Positions 55,617-64,000 of a stretch of 64,000 nucleotides of DNA are shown here, piece after piece. This DNA comes from an uncultured Rivularia sp. GTDB taxonomy: Bacteria; Cyanobacteriota; Cyanobacteriia; Cyanobacteriales; Nostocaceae. The stretch covers positions 2,400,001-2,464,000 of the forward strand of contig OY762007.1 in assembly GCA_963665115.1 (NCBI GenBank), written 5' to 3'. The first letter of the stretch is position 1; each line of letters starts with the position of its first letter. Both the position numbers and the translations under genes were made by a program. Under the pieces are notes generated by a model. The model worked only from the letters and a program-made list of their open reading frames with translations, was not told the origin of the DNA and did no database searches.

Positions 55617-55755
55617 GCAAATAATGGTGTAGAGACGTAGCAGTGCTACGTCTCCCTAAATTTCGATTAGCAACGAGAATTTATGAATTAAAGAACCTTA
55701 CTAGACGCAGAGTACGCAGAGGAAAGAAGTAGAGAGAGATAATTAAGAAGTCATA

Positions 55756-56862
55756 ATGAAAGAATTAAAAAATATAATTTCAGCTATAGAAAATTTAAAA
55801 GAAACTAATAAAACAGCAATAGCAACATTAGTAAAAGTCAGCGGTTCGACTTACAGAAGTCCCGGTGCGAGAATGCTAATAAGCACCGACGGCAATAGTA
55901 TTGGTTCAATTAGCGGCGGTTGTTTAGAAAGTGATGTTTTTGAAAAAGCACAAGCTGTAATTAAATCTGGAAATCCCCGCCTTATCAAGTACGATACCAC
56001 CTCAGAAGAAGATATGATTTGGGGTTTAGGGCTTGGCTGTCAGGGTATTGCTTATGTTTTAATCGAAGCCTTACAAGAGAATAAATTACAGGAAATTAGT
56101 TTTATTAAAAAATGTCTTGAAACTCGAACTTATGGGGCGATCGCCACGGTAATTTTAGTTGAAGGTGATAGTCAAACCCATGTCGGACAGCGTTTATTAT
56201 TAGGTGATGATACTATTATTAATAATTTAACAGACGACAATTTGTTAACAGAAGTTTTAAGCGATACTAAAGCAGCATTGCAAAATAATCAATCTATTTT
56301 AAAAGAATATAATTTAACAAATGGAAAAATAGAAGTTTTTATCGAAGTAATTCAACCACCTTTATCTTTAATTGTATTTGGTGCCGGTTACGATGTTTTA
56401 CCATTAGTAAACTTTAGCAAGCAACTAGGTTGGGATGTAACTGTAGTAGACAACCGTCAAAGAGAAGCCAGTAAAAAGCGATTTGAACAAGCAGATAAAA
56501 TACAGCTTTCCTCCCCCGAAGATATTTTAGAAAATATTGAAATTACAGAGCGTACCGTCGCCGTGGTGATGAGTCATAATTATTTAGATGATTTAGAAAT
56601 GCTCAAAGTATTGTTACCTACTAATTTAAAATATTTAGGAATACTTGGGCCGAAAAAAAGAACAAATCGCATATTAGAAGAATTACAAGAGGAAGAAGTT
56701 ACACCAAATGCTAATATTTATAGTCCCGTTGGATTAGATATAGGAGCAGACAACGCCGAAGAAATTGCACTTTCGATAGTTTCTGAAATTCAAACAGTTA
56801 TATCTCAACGTCAGGGAGGATTTTTAAAAAATCGCAACGCTCCAATTCATGCTAAAGATTGA
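55756..56862 (+). CDS. xdhC: XdhC/CoxI family Moco chaperone
   Basis: GSTYRSPGARM, GSISGGCLE, GLGCQG, FGAG, MSHNYLDD, LGPKKR, PVGLDIGA. Confidence 0.92.
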   Translation: MKELKNIISAIENLKETNKTAIATLVKVSGSTYRSPGARMLISTDGNSIGSISGGCLESDVFEKAQAVIKSGNPRLIKYDTTSEEDMIWGLGLGCQGIAYVLIEALQENKLQEISFIKKCLETRTYGAIATVILVEGDSQTHVGQRLLLGDDTIINNLTDDNLLTEVLSDTKAALQNNQSILKEYNLTNGKIEVFIEVIQPPLSLIVFGAGYDVLPLVNFSKQLGWDVTVVDNRQREASKKRFEQADKIQLSSPEDILENIEITERTVAVVMSHNYLDDLEMLKVLLPTNLKYLGILGPKKRTNRILEELQEEEVTPNANIYSPVGLDIGADNAEEIALSIVSEIQTVISQRQGGFLKNRNAPIHAKD

Positions 56863-56975
56863 ATAAATTTCCACACCGAAACCTCACCCTCTTTCCCTCT
56901 CCTTAACAAGGAGAGGGATGTCCGTTAGGACAGGGTGAGGTAAAACGCTATAGTTGAATTGATAATTGATAACTA

Positions 56976-57569
56976 ATGCTAAACATAGGTTTAATAATCT
57001 TAGCTGCGGGAAAAGCTAGTCGCATGGGAAAACCAAAACAACTGCTAACTTATCAAGGCACTAGTTTGATATCTCATGCCGTAAAGATTGGTTTAAATTC
57101 TATTTGTGAACCTGTATTAGTGGTTTTGGGTGCTTACGCTGAACAAATTAAACCTGAAATAAATAAATTACCCATCAAAATAGTAGAAAATCCACAATGG
57201 GAAACAGGAATGTCTTCTTCAATTCGTGTGGGAATAACTGCAATCAAAGAAAGTAATTCTAAGTTAGATGGAGTAATTATTGCATTAGCAGATCAACCGT
57301 TGATTGATGTAAAAGTTTTTAATAAATTAATTCAAAGCTATCAAGAAACGAGGAATATAATTATTGCTTCTGCTTATGATGGTGTTGTTGGTGTTCCAGC
57401 TTTATTTAATAATATTCTTTTTTCTGAGTTAATCAATTTAGAAGGTGATAAAGGTGCTAAAGCTTTGATGCGGAAATATCGAGATGAAGTGTTGAGTATT
57501 GAGATACCGGAAGCCGCGATTGATATTGATACGGAGGATGATTATGAGAAGTTGTTAATAGGTTCGTAG
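56976..57569 (+). CDS. mocA: MocA-like molybdenum cofactor cytidylyltransferase
   Basis: ILAAGKASRMG.PKQLL, GMSSSI, LADQP, GVPALF, GDKGA, DIDT. Confidence 0.85.
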   Translation: MLNIGLIILAAGKASRMGKPKQLLTYQGTSLISHAVKIGLNSICEPVLVVLGAYAEQIKPEINKLPIKIVENPQWETGMSSSIRVGITAIKESNSKLDGVIIALADQPLIDVKVFNKLIQSYQETRNIIIASAYDGVVGVPALFNNILFSELINLEGDKGAKALMRKYRDEVLSIEIPEAAIDIDTEDDYEKLLIGS

Positions 57570-57590
57570 TAGCGCTTCAGCGCCTCTTAA
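57561..57590 (+). repeat. REP (GGTTCGTAGTAGCGCTTCAGCGCCTCTTAA), overlapping the mocA stop codon
   Basis: GTAG foot + GCGCT-TC-AGCGC palindrome. Confidence 0.85.
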
Positions 57591-57613
57591 TTTATAACAA
57601 AGATAATAGGATT

Positions 57614-58094
57614 ATTACGTAAAACTACGAATGACACAGCGATTCTTTGAGTAAAAGCACGTTGGGTTTATTCGGATGCGCTGAAGCGCTACTATGAGCC
57701 ATTTTTATTAGATTACGTAAAACTACGAATGACACAGCGATTCTTTGAGTAAAAGCACGTTGGGTTTATTCGGATGCGCTGAAGCGCTACTACGAGCCAT
57801 TTTTATTAGATTACGAAAAACAGCGATTCTTTGAATAAAAGCACGTTGGGTTTATTCGGATGCGCTGAAGCGCTACTACAAGCCATTTTTATTAGATTAC
57901 GTAAAACAGCGATTCTTTGAGTAAAAGCACGTTGGGTTTATTCGGATGCGCTGAAGCGCTACTATGAGCCATTTTTATTAGATTAAGAAAAACAGCGATT
58001 CTTTGAATAAAAGCACGTTGGGTTTATTCGGATGCGCTGAAGCGCTACTACAAGCCATTTTTATTAGATTACGAAAAACTACGAATGACGCAGC
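57614..58094. repeat. Tandem array of five full units (98, 98, 86, 86, 86 bp) plus a partial sixth, each full unit with one minus-strand REP
   Basis: GCGCTGAAGCGCTACTA at 57678, 57776, 57862, 57948, 58034; inter-REP sequences near-identical. Confidence 0.95.
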
Positions 58095-58124
58095 ACGAAT
58101 TCATCTGTTACCAAATAAATGATC

Positions 58125-58147
58125 GGTTCGTAGTAGCGCTTTAGCGC
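58125..58147 (+). repeat. REP immediately upstream of RAYT
   Basis: GGTTCGTAGTAGCGCTTTAGCGC. Confidence 0.85.
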
Positions 58148-58159
58148 TCTTTAAAAATA

Positions 58160-58753
58160 GTGTATGAATATCGCAAACTCACTCCTGAACAAAAAGCAGC
58201 TATCGTAGAAGAAAGACTAAAAAAAGGGTTTCCTCCACATTCACCTCCTCATCCTATTAAAAATAGCGAGTATTACTTAATTACAGCTACTTGTTACGAA
58301 CATAAAGATCGAATAAATACATATCAAAGACGACAACAATTATTAAATTTAATTTTTGAACGGTTTATATACACAGATATCGATATACTCGCTTGGATTA
58401 TTTTGCCAAATCATTACCATTTGTTACTAAAAAACATCAGATTCTATTATCTTAGAAAGATGTTACGTTCAATTCATGGAAATCTTGCTCGTCAATGGAA
58501 TAAAGAAGATAATATGACTGGCAAAGTTTGGTGTTCTTTTAGCGACCGTGCTATACGTTCTGAACGCCATTATTATACTACTTTAAATTACATTCATTAC
58601 AACCCAGTAAAACATTATTGGGTAGAATCTCCTTATGATTGGAGCGAAAGCAGTGTTTATTGGTATTTAGAAAATTACGGAAGAGAATGGTTGCGAAGTA
58701 ATTGGGTTGAATATCCTGTACGCGACTTTGGTAAAAATTGGGATGATTTATAG
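58160..58753 (+). CDS. REP-associated tyrosine transposase (RAYT/TnpA-REP, HUH Y1)
   Basis: YYLITATC, AWIILPNHYH (HUH), KVW...DRAIR, YIHYNPVKH, W..SS; flanked by GTAG REPs. Confidence 0.9.
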   Translation: MYEYRKLTPEQKAAIVEERLKKGFPPHSPPHPIKNSEYYLITATCYEHKDRINTYQRRQQLLNLIFERFIYTDIDILAWIILPNHYHLLLKNIRFYYLRKMLRSIHGNLARQWNKEDNMTGKVWCSFSDRAIRSERHYYTTLNYIHYNPVKHYWVESPYDWSESSVYWYLENYGREWLRSNWVEYPVRDFGKNWDDL

Positions 58754-58773
58754 TAGGATGAACTAACTCGGAA

Positions 58774-58803
58774 TTAAGAGGCGCTTCAGCGCTACTACTA
58801 ACC
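58774..58803 (-). repeat. Inverted REP downstream of RAYT
   Basis: Reverse complement GGTTAGTAGTAGCGCTGAAGCGCCTCTTAA matches 57561-57590. Confidence 0.85.
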
Positions 58804-58816
58804 ATTAAAAAGCTTT

Positions 58817-59888
58817 ATGTCTCAACTAGAATATTTTTTATTAACTCGCGTTTTACTTCACTTCGAGCAAGAATCTAGCGATATTATCAGCGATATTTCA
58901 TCTGCGACTTTTAGTGATGATGGTAGCTTATGGATTGGTTCTGATGAAATGGTTGGGGTTGAACGTCTTTCTCCTATCGGTTGTCATAGTTATGGCGAGC
59001 ATAAACGCTTTTTGTTAAAGGATTATATAGAGCTATTTGATGATGACGAAATTGATATTGAAGGTATGGATTTTAGGGATGGTTATCTGTGGTTGACTGG
59101 TTCTCATAGTACTAAGCGAAAAAAACCTAAAGGAAAAGATTTAGAAACCGATTTAGAAAGACTTGCGACTATTACTACCGATTTGAACCGTTTTATTTTG
59201 GCGAGAATTCCGGTTATTAATGGTGAATTGGTTAAATCTTGCGTTCCTGTGGAAGGAGAAACCAAAACCGCTGCTTGTTTGCAGACAATTGATGAGCGTA
59301 ATGTGTTATTTGAGGTGCTGAAAGAAGACGTACATTTGAAACCTTTTATTACTAGTGGAATCCCTTCTAAAGATAATGGTTTGGATATCGAAGGTTTAGT
59401 TATAGGAAGTAATAACCGCCTTTTTCTAGGTTTACGCGGCCCCTGTTTTGCGGGGGTGGGCTGTAATTATTGAAATACAGTTAACGGAATCGGAACCTGG
59501 TGTTCTGACGTTGGAAGAGATAACCGATGAAGGTGCAAAATACAAAAAGCATTTTCTCGATCTGAATGGTTTGGGAATACGGGAATTATGTTTGCAAGGG
59601 GAAGATTTAATCATTTTAGCAGGGCCGACGATGGCTTTAGAAGGAGAAATGGAAGTTTTTCGCTGGAAAGATGTTTTAAATCATTCTGGTAATAATATCC
59701 ACCACCAAGATGATAGTTTGTTTCCTTTATTTGATTTACCTTTTACTGTAGGTTCCGATCATGCTGAAGGTTTGGCGCTGTATTCTTGTTGGGGAGAACA
59801 AAATAGCTTGATGATATTTTACGATTCTCCAAATAGTAACCGCTTGCGAGCAGACAAAAAAATACTGGTTGATGTATTTCAAATTTAG
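58817..59888 (+). CDS. DUF3616 domain protein, +1 frameshift near 59440
   Basis: LWIGSDE, EIDIEG, WLTGSHS, PSKDNGLDIEG, LGLRGP|VLRGWA, GLGIREL, DHAEG. Confidence 0.8.
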
Positions 59889-59970
59889 CTGTCCCATATT
59901 TAGATAAAAACTAGGTCAAAACCACCGTATAATTATTTTTACTTATAGCTTGAGTCAGGAGAGTAAAGCC

Positions 59971-60282
59971 ATGCCAATGGCAGTAGGAGTAATTGAAACA
60001 CTAAGTTTTCCTGCAATACTTATAGCCTCGGATACGATGGTTAAGGCTGCCGCAGTTTCAATAGTTTTTTACGATAAGTCGGAAAGCGGACGCTTTTTTG
60101 TGGCTGTCAGGGGAAGAGTTTCTGAAGTGACGCGAGCTGTGGAAGCGGGGATTGAAGTTGTTGAAAAAGAATCTCATGGGGGTAAAGTAATGGAATATTA
60201 CATCGTCCCCAATCCTCCAGAGAATGTGGAAAGCGTTTTACCAATCCACTTTACTTCAAAATCAGAACCTTTCCGTATGTAG
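59971..60282 (+). CDS. ccmK3: Carboxysome shell protein CcmK3 (BMC-H)
   Basis: MPMAVGVIET...MVKAA...RG.VSEV...IVPNPPENV; first gene of the K3-K4 pair; RBS AGGAG upstream. Confidence 0.85.
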   Translation: MPMAVGVIETLSFPAILIASDTMVKAAAVSIVFYDKSESGRFFVAVRGRVSEVTRAVEAGIEVVEKESHGGKVMEYYIVPNPPENVESVLPIHFTSKSEPFRM

Positions 60283-60353
60283 TTCGCGATTGGTCGATTT
60301 CTGAGATGATAAACAATATATCGGTAGCTATTAATTAATATTGGAGATAATAA

Positions 60354-60704
60354 ATGTCAACACAGGCAGTTGGTGCTTTAGAAACTAAAGGTTTTCCGGC
60401 TGTATTAGCAGCAGCTGATGCAATGGTAAAAGCTGGTAGAGTTACGCTGGTTGGCTATATCAGAGTTGGTAGCGCTCGGTTTACAGTTAATATTCGCGGT
60501 GATGTTTCGGAAGTTAAAGCCGCTATGGCTGCTGGTGTTGAAGCCGCAGAAAGCTGTTATGGCGGAACCCTCGAATCTTGGGTAATTATTCCTCGTCCCC
60601 ATGAAAACGTTGAAGCTGTTTTACCGATTGGTTATTCCGAAGATGTTGAAGAATATCGACTCTCTGTAGAAAATCCAATTATAGGTAGATCAAACCGTCT
60701 TTAA
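60354..60704 (+). CDS. ccmK4: Carboxysome shell protein CcmK4 (BMC-H)
   Basis: [26 protein letters not shown]...RGDVSEV...IIPRPHENV. Confidence 0.9.
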   Translation: MSTQAVGALETKGFPAVLAAADAMVKAGRVTLVGYIRVGSARFTVNIRGDVSEVKAAMAAGVEAAESCYGGTLESWVIIPRPHENVEAVLPIGYSEDVEEYRLSVENPIIGRSNRL

Positions 60705-60855
60705 TTAATTTAATTTAATTGAATTTAAAAGGTTTTGGGCAGTATTGAGCTAACAGGGTTATTACCTTAAACTCTTATATTACGCGCCCAATAGCCCGTT
60801 TTTAAATAAGTATTTTATTTGTTGAATAAACCGTGTTACCAAAGCCCTTCGGGCT

Positions 60856-61014
60856 TAAGTAAGAAGTAAGAAGTAAAAAGTAATAAATATTGCCCGAAGT
60901 ATGGTATAAGGTCTCGTCTTTTAAAGACGAATAAAAACGAAATTCATTACTTGAATTCTCTACCCTTTAGGGAGAGGTGTTACTTATTACTTTTTACTTA
61001 CTAATTATTACTTG
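60856..61014. mobile_element. MITE-like element with inverted heptamer-repeat arms and two internal hairpins
   Basis: AAGTAAG/AAGTAAA repeats on the left, TTACTT repeats on the right; TCGTCTTTTAAAGACGA and CTCTACCCTTTAGGGAGAG inside. Confidence 0.5.
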
Positions 61015-61748
61015 TGAAAAATAGTACCCGTTTGGGTACTTCCTTATTTTTAGTATTTTTTTCAGAATAAGATTAGATCCGCTTGCAGATGTTCCCATTA
61101 AGAGAGGGCTAATGTAAGCCAAATAGGAACAAAACTATGAATAACTATAGATAATGTCCTAAACTTCGGATTATATAAGTTAATTTATCTTATTTACTTG
61201 CGGTTTAATTTGTTATCGCATAAGTTTTACCGATAATTGTAATCTGAAAACGTTTGCGAAATAATACTAGCTTATATTAACTATGATGATATACAAACGA
61301 ACTTCCGAGAATAATCAAGTATCTGTCAAAAGAAATACTAATTTACTTAGACATTTTAGAGGTGAAACTAATATGTATAAAGTAACGTCTCGTTTAATGT
61401 AAATTCTATTGCTTACGTTTAAAAATAGTCTTATGTTATTAGCTTTAATATTCACTTAGCTGGTAATCTGTAAATCTGTCTTAAGACATATATAGAGAAT
61501 TTAACTGGAAATAAAAGATTTTCCTTGACAAAAATTAACAGTCTTCTAAAACCAAGGAAAATAGCTTAAAAGCGCAATTAAATTACTTATTATATTGATT
61601 GGTTTTTGAGTTGACGGGTAGATTCTGCATAACTTGACTTGAAACAGGCGTATTAAAAATAGAATCAATAAACGTTTTTTTTTGGATATTTTAGTCCGAT
61701 GGAACGACAAATAGTTAAATACACCAATTGTGATAAGTGGGGGTTGTG

Positions 61749-62924
61749 ATGCAAACTTTAAAGCAGGGTTTTGAGGAGCGCAATCTCAATATGACATCAT
61801 CTGAAGCGGAAAAACTGAAAGAATATTGGCACAATCGTTTGGCAGAAGAATGTTCGCAACATAGCGAAGCAATAAGAGAAAGTGTAGCTAAGTGGCTGAT
61901 AGGAAGCGATAAAAAACGGTTTGACAATCTCAATGTCAAGGAATTAAAGATTGCCAAGCAAGCGATGGAATATCGCTATCGGATTTTGTGTCAGCGCTAC
62001 TTGGGGATTGGTAGGGAGCGTGCTTATCGTAACTTAATTACTCGTTTGGGAAGCCTAGCGACATTACGTAGCAAAATTCAAACTTGGATTTCCTTGAGTC
62101 GCGATCGCCAACGTAAGGTATTGGATGTATTGCAAGAGATACTCCAAGAATTGTTGCAGAGCGATAAGTATATGGTTTCTCAGATGGCTTGTATTTCTGA
62201 GTTTACTCAAGATAGTAGATTGAGAAATGCTTTAGTGTTTGCCAGCTTAGAAGAGTATTGTATGCGGCCAATACGCAATCAGCCATTGCTGGTATATCGT
62301 TTTGTCAACTATTTGAAGAGAACCCAACGCGGTGGCTTAACTCAGGTACCTACTAAAGATATGGTGCGGTTGGTTTCTGAAGAAGTGCTGGGTGAAGATG
62401 GGGAAAATCGCATCAGCTTGGTAGATCAAAATGCCATAGAAGATTATCAAGAAGAGGAGAAAAGCCAAGAGCAAGAATTACAGCGTCACTTGGTAAAAGA
62501 AGAATTTGAGGAATATCTCAAAGAAAATTTGGGAGAAGATGCCACCATTTGGCTGCAACTGTATCTTAAAGGCTTTACCCAAGATGCGATCGCCAAAAAA
62601 TTAGGTAAACCGATTAAAGAGATTTATCGGTTGCGAGAGAAAATTGGCTATCATGCAGTACGGGTTTTTGCACTCAAGGATAAACCGGAGCTAGTCTCAA
62701 ATTGGCTGGAAACTTCTTTGCTAGAGCATAATTTGGGGCTGACACTCCAACAATGGGAAGAATTGCAAGAAAAATTATCACCCGTGCAAAAGCAAATTTT
62801 AGAGATGTCCAAAATGGGTAAAACTATAGAAGAAATTGCCCAAAATCTCAAACGTAAAACTCATCAGGTGATGGGAGAGTGGACAAAAGTATATTTAGCG
62901 GCTCAAGCTGTACGCAGTGAGTAA
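61749..62924 (+). CDS. HetZ-related protein (HetZ paralogue family) with HTH-like segments
   Basis: MQTLKQGFEERN, YRYRILCQRYL, SRDRQR, EEYCMRPIRNQP, LYLKG...AIAKKL...YRLREKI.YHA. Confidence 0.75.
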   Translation: MQTLKQGFEERNLNMTSSEAEKLKEYWHNRLAEECSQHSEAIRESVAKWLIGSDKKRFDNLNVKELKIAKQAMEYRYRILCQRYLGIGRERAYRNLITRLGSLATLRSKIQTWISLSRDRQRKVLDVLQEILQELLQSDKYMVSQMACISEFTQDSRLRNALVFASLEEYCMRPIRNQPLLVYRFVNYLKRTQRGGLTQVPTKDMVRLVSEEVLGEDGENRISLVDQNAIEDYQEEEKSQEQELQRHLVKEEFEEYLKENLGEDATIWLQLYLKGFTQDAIAKKLGKPIKEIYRLREKIGYHAVRVFALKDKPELVSNWLETSLLEHNLGLTLQQWEELQEKLSPVQKQILEMSKMGKTIEEIAQNLKRKTHQVMGEWTKVYLAAQAVRSE

Positions 62925-63110
62925 GCGTTGGCAAAGACATTACAGTCTCCCTTCGCCTGCTCAAGCCCTGCCAATGCAAGTCTTTACCCAGGTTTAAGAC
63001 TAAGTTCAGTAAATAATATAACTTGTATTTACTGAAAAGTATTTGTAAATATAGTGTCAAATCACCAATAGAGCGAATACGATGGAGTAAAATACTTATC
63101 AATTTGACCT

Positions 63111-64000
63111 ATGTTGTCTTCCGAAGGCAAACCTACTGATAACAATTCAGCAATTGCCAATCAAAAGCCATTTAAGACTATAGGGACTAACGGTGCATCA
63201 TATCTTAAGCCAAGCCAGCAATTAGATCGCGAGCAGATATTTCGACTGATAGAAGAAGGAATCTTGTGTTTTGAGGCTTGCCTCTATCATCAAGTTTTAC
63301 CTTTGAAGTTAGAATATAACAGTCTGTTGTTGGGCATCGTTAATCCAAAAGACACGGTAGCATTAGACTATGTAAATAGCATATTATCCTACCTAAAAAT
63401 CGCGGTAACAATTCAATCGGTGACTGCCGAAACTCACCGCATAATATTGTCGGAATACCTGAACTACAAAAATCCATCGTCCGAGCCTAAATTAGATAAA
63501 CAAGAAACTAAAGTGGATTCTAATAATGGACAAAGAAACCTTGGGAATCCATTAATTACAGAAGATTTAGAGGAAAAATCACCAGAAACTCAAGTGGATT
63601 CCAATAATATACAAAGAAACCTTGGGAATCCATTAATTACAGAAGATTCAGAAGAAGAATCACTACCTGGAGATAATACTTTAATATTGTTCGATTCTGC
63701 GAAGGGAGTTAAATTCAAAAGTTTATCCAATCAACAGCTTAAGAAACATCCCATTACAGCACCTTTAAATCACAAAAAGAAGCAAGAATCCGATAAAAAT
63801 ACCGATACAGATATTTTTGAAATTGTATCGGCAAAGAATTTACCCGTATTAAAATTACCTCTTCCGGAATCATTTAGTGCCGATCGAGTACTCCCAACGC
63901 TTCCATCCAAGAAACTGCTTAACGAATTATTAGCAAGAGTTTTAGCCGGAGGTATCGGTCGCTTATATTTGGAAAGACAGCCTTATCAAGGAAGAATACT
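63111..64000 (+). CDS. Partial ORF (runs off the window): GspE/PilB N-terminal-like domain protein
   Basis: Open from ATG 63111: IFRLIE...FEACLYHQVLPL...LLGIVNP.D..ALDY; GGIGRLYLE near the window end. Confidence 0.6.
   Translation, partial: MLSSEGKPTDNNSAIANQKPFKTIGTNGASYLKPSQQLDREQIFRLIEEGILCFEACLYHQVLPLKLEYNSLLLGIVNPKDTVALDYVNSILSYLKIAVTIQSVTAETHRIILSEYLNYKNPSSEPKLDKQETKVDSNNGQRNLGNPLITEDLEEKSPETQVDSNNIQRNLGNPLITEDSEEESLPGDNTLILFDSAKGVKFKSLSNQQLKKHPITAPLNHKKKQESDKNTDTDIFEIVSAKNLPVLKLPLPESFSADRVLPTLPSKKLLNELLARVLAGGIGRLYLERQPYQGRI

Noticed and set aside
57614..58094. CRISPR array (regularly spaced palindromic repeats)
   Set aside because: The sequences between palindromes are near-identical rather than unique spacers, there are no cas genes in the window, and the palindrome is the REP flanking the adjacent RAYT
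61749..62924. Canonical hetZ
   Set aside because: The N-terminus looks like the paralogous HetZ-related family and no patU-like neighbours are visible; gene symbol withheld
1..64000. rRNA, tRNA, prophage or cas genes
   Set aside because: None recognised by eye; a covariance-model scan would be needed to exclude small ncRNAs in the long intergenic regions (28150-29590, 43850-44520, 60700-61740)

Overview
64 kb of AT-rich chromosome from a filamentous, probably heterocyst-forming cyanobacterium. Support: frequent HIP1 octamers GCGATCGC, STRR-type heptamer arrays, an hgl PKS cluster, ccmK3/ccmK4 and a HetZ-like gene. Main blocks, left to right: a copper-radical oxidase plus a Tat-exported protein; an internally deleted IS200/IS605 element inserted in an M23 peptidase gene; an M20 amidohydrolase; an RNA ligase + HD-Pnk RNA-repair pair; a ~19 kb minus-strand heterocyst-glycolipid-like cluster (hglE-G-C-A-B, GT2/GT21 glycosyltransferase, devBCA; no hglD, hetN, hetI or hglT here) with a divergent PIN-like + LuxR pair; a train of IS630-type MITEs around an intact IS630; housekeeping and signalling genes (Ser/Thr kinase, PGM1-like ATP-grasp, mgtE); a DUF928 / CHAT-CHASE2 / PEP-CTERM / haemagglutinin / CHAT-TPR block; a PaoABC-XdhC-MocA molybdoenzyme operon; a REP-associated tyrosine transposase (RAYT) bracketed by inverted REPs and preceded by an 86/98-bp tandem REP array; then DUF3616, ccmK3K4 and a HetZ-related gene. 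Eleven genes are split by single +1 insertions, most likely sequencing or assembly errors. All family calls come from motif recognition by eye; no database searches were run.
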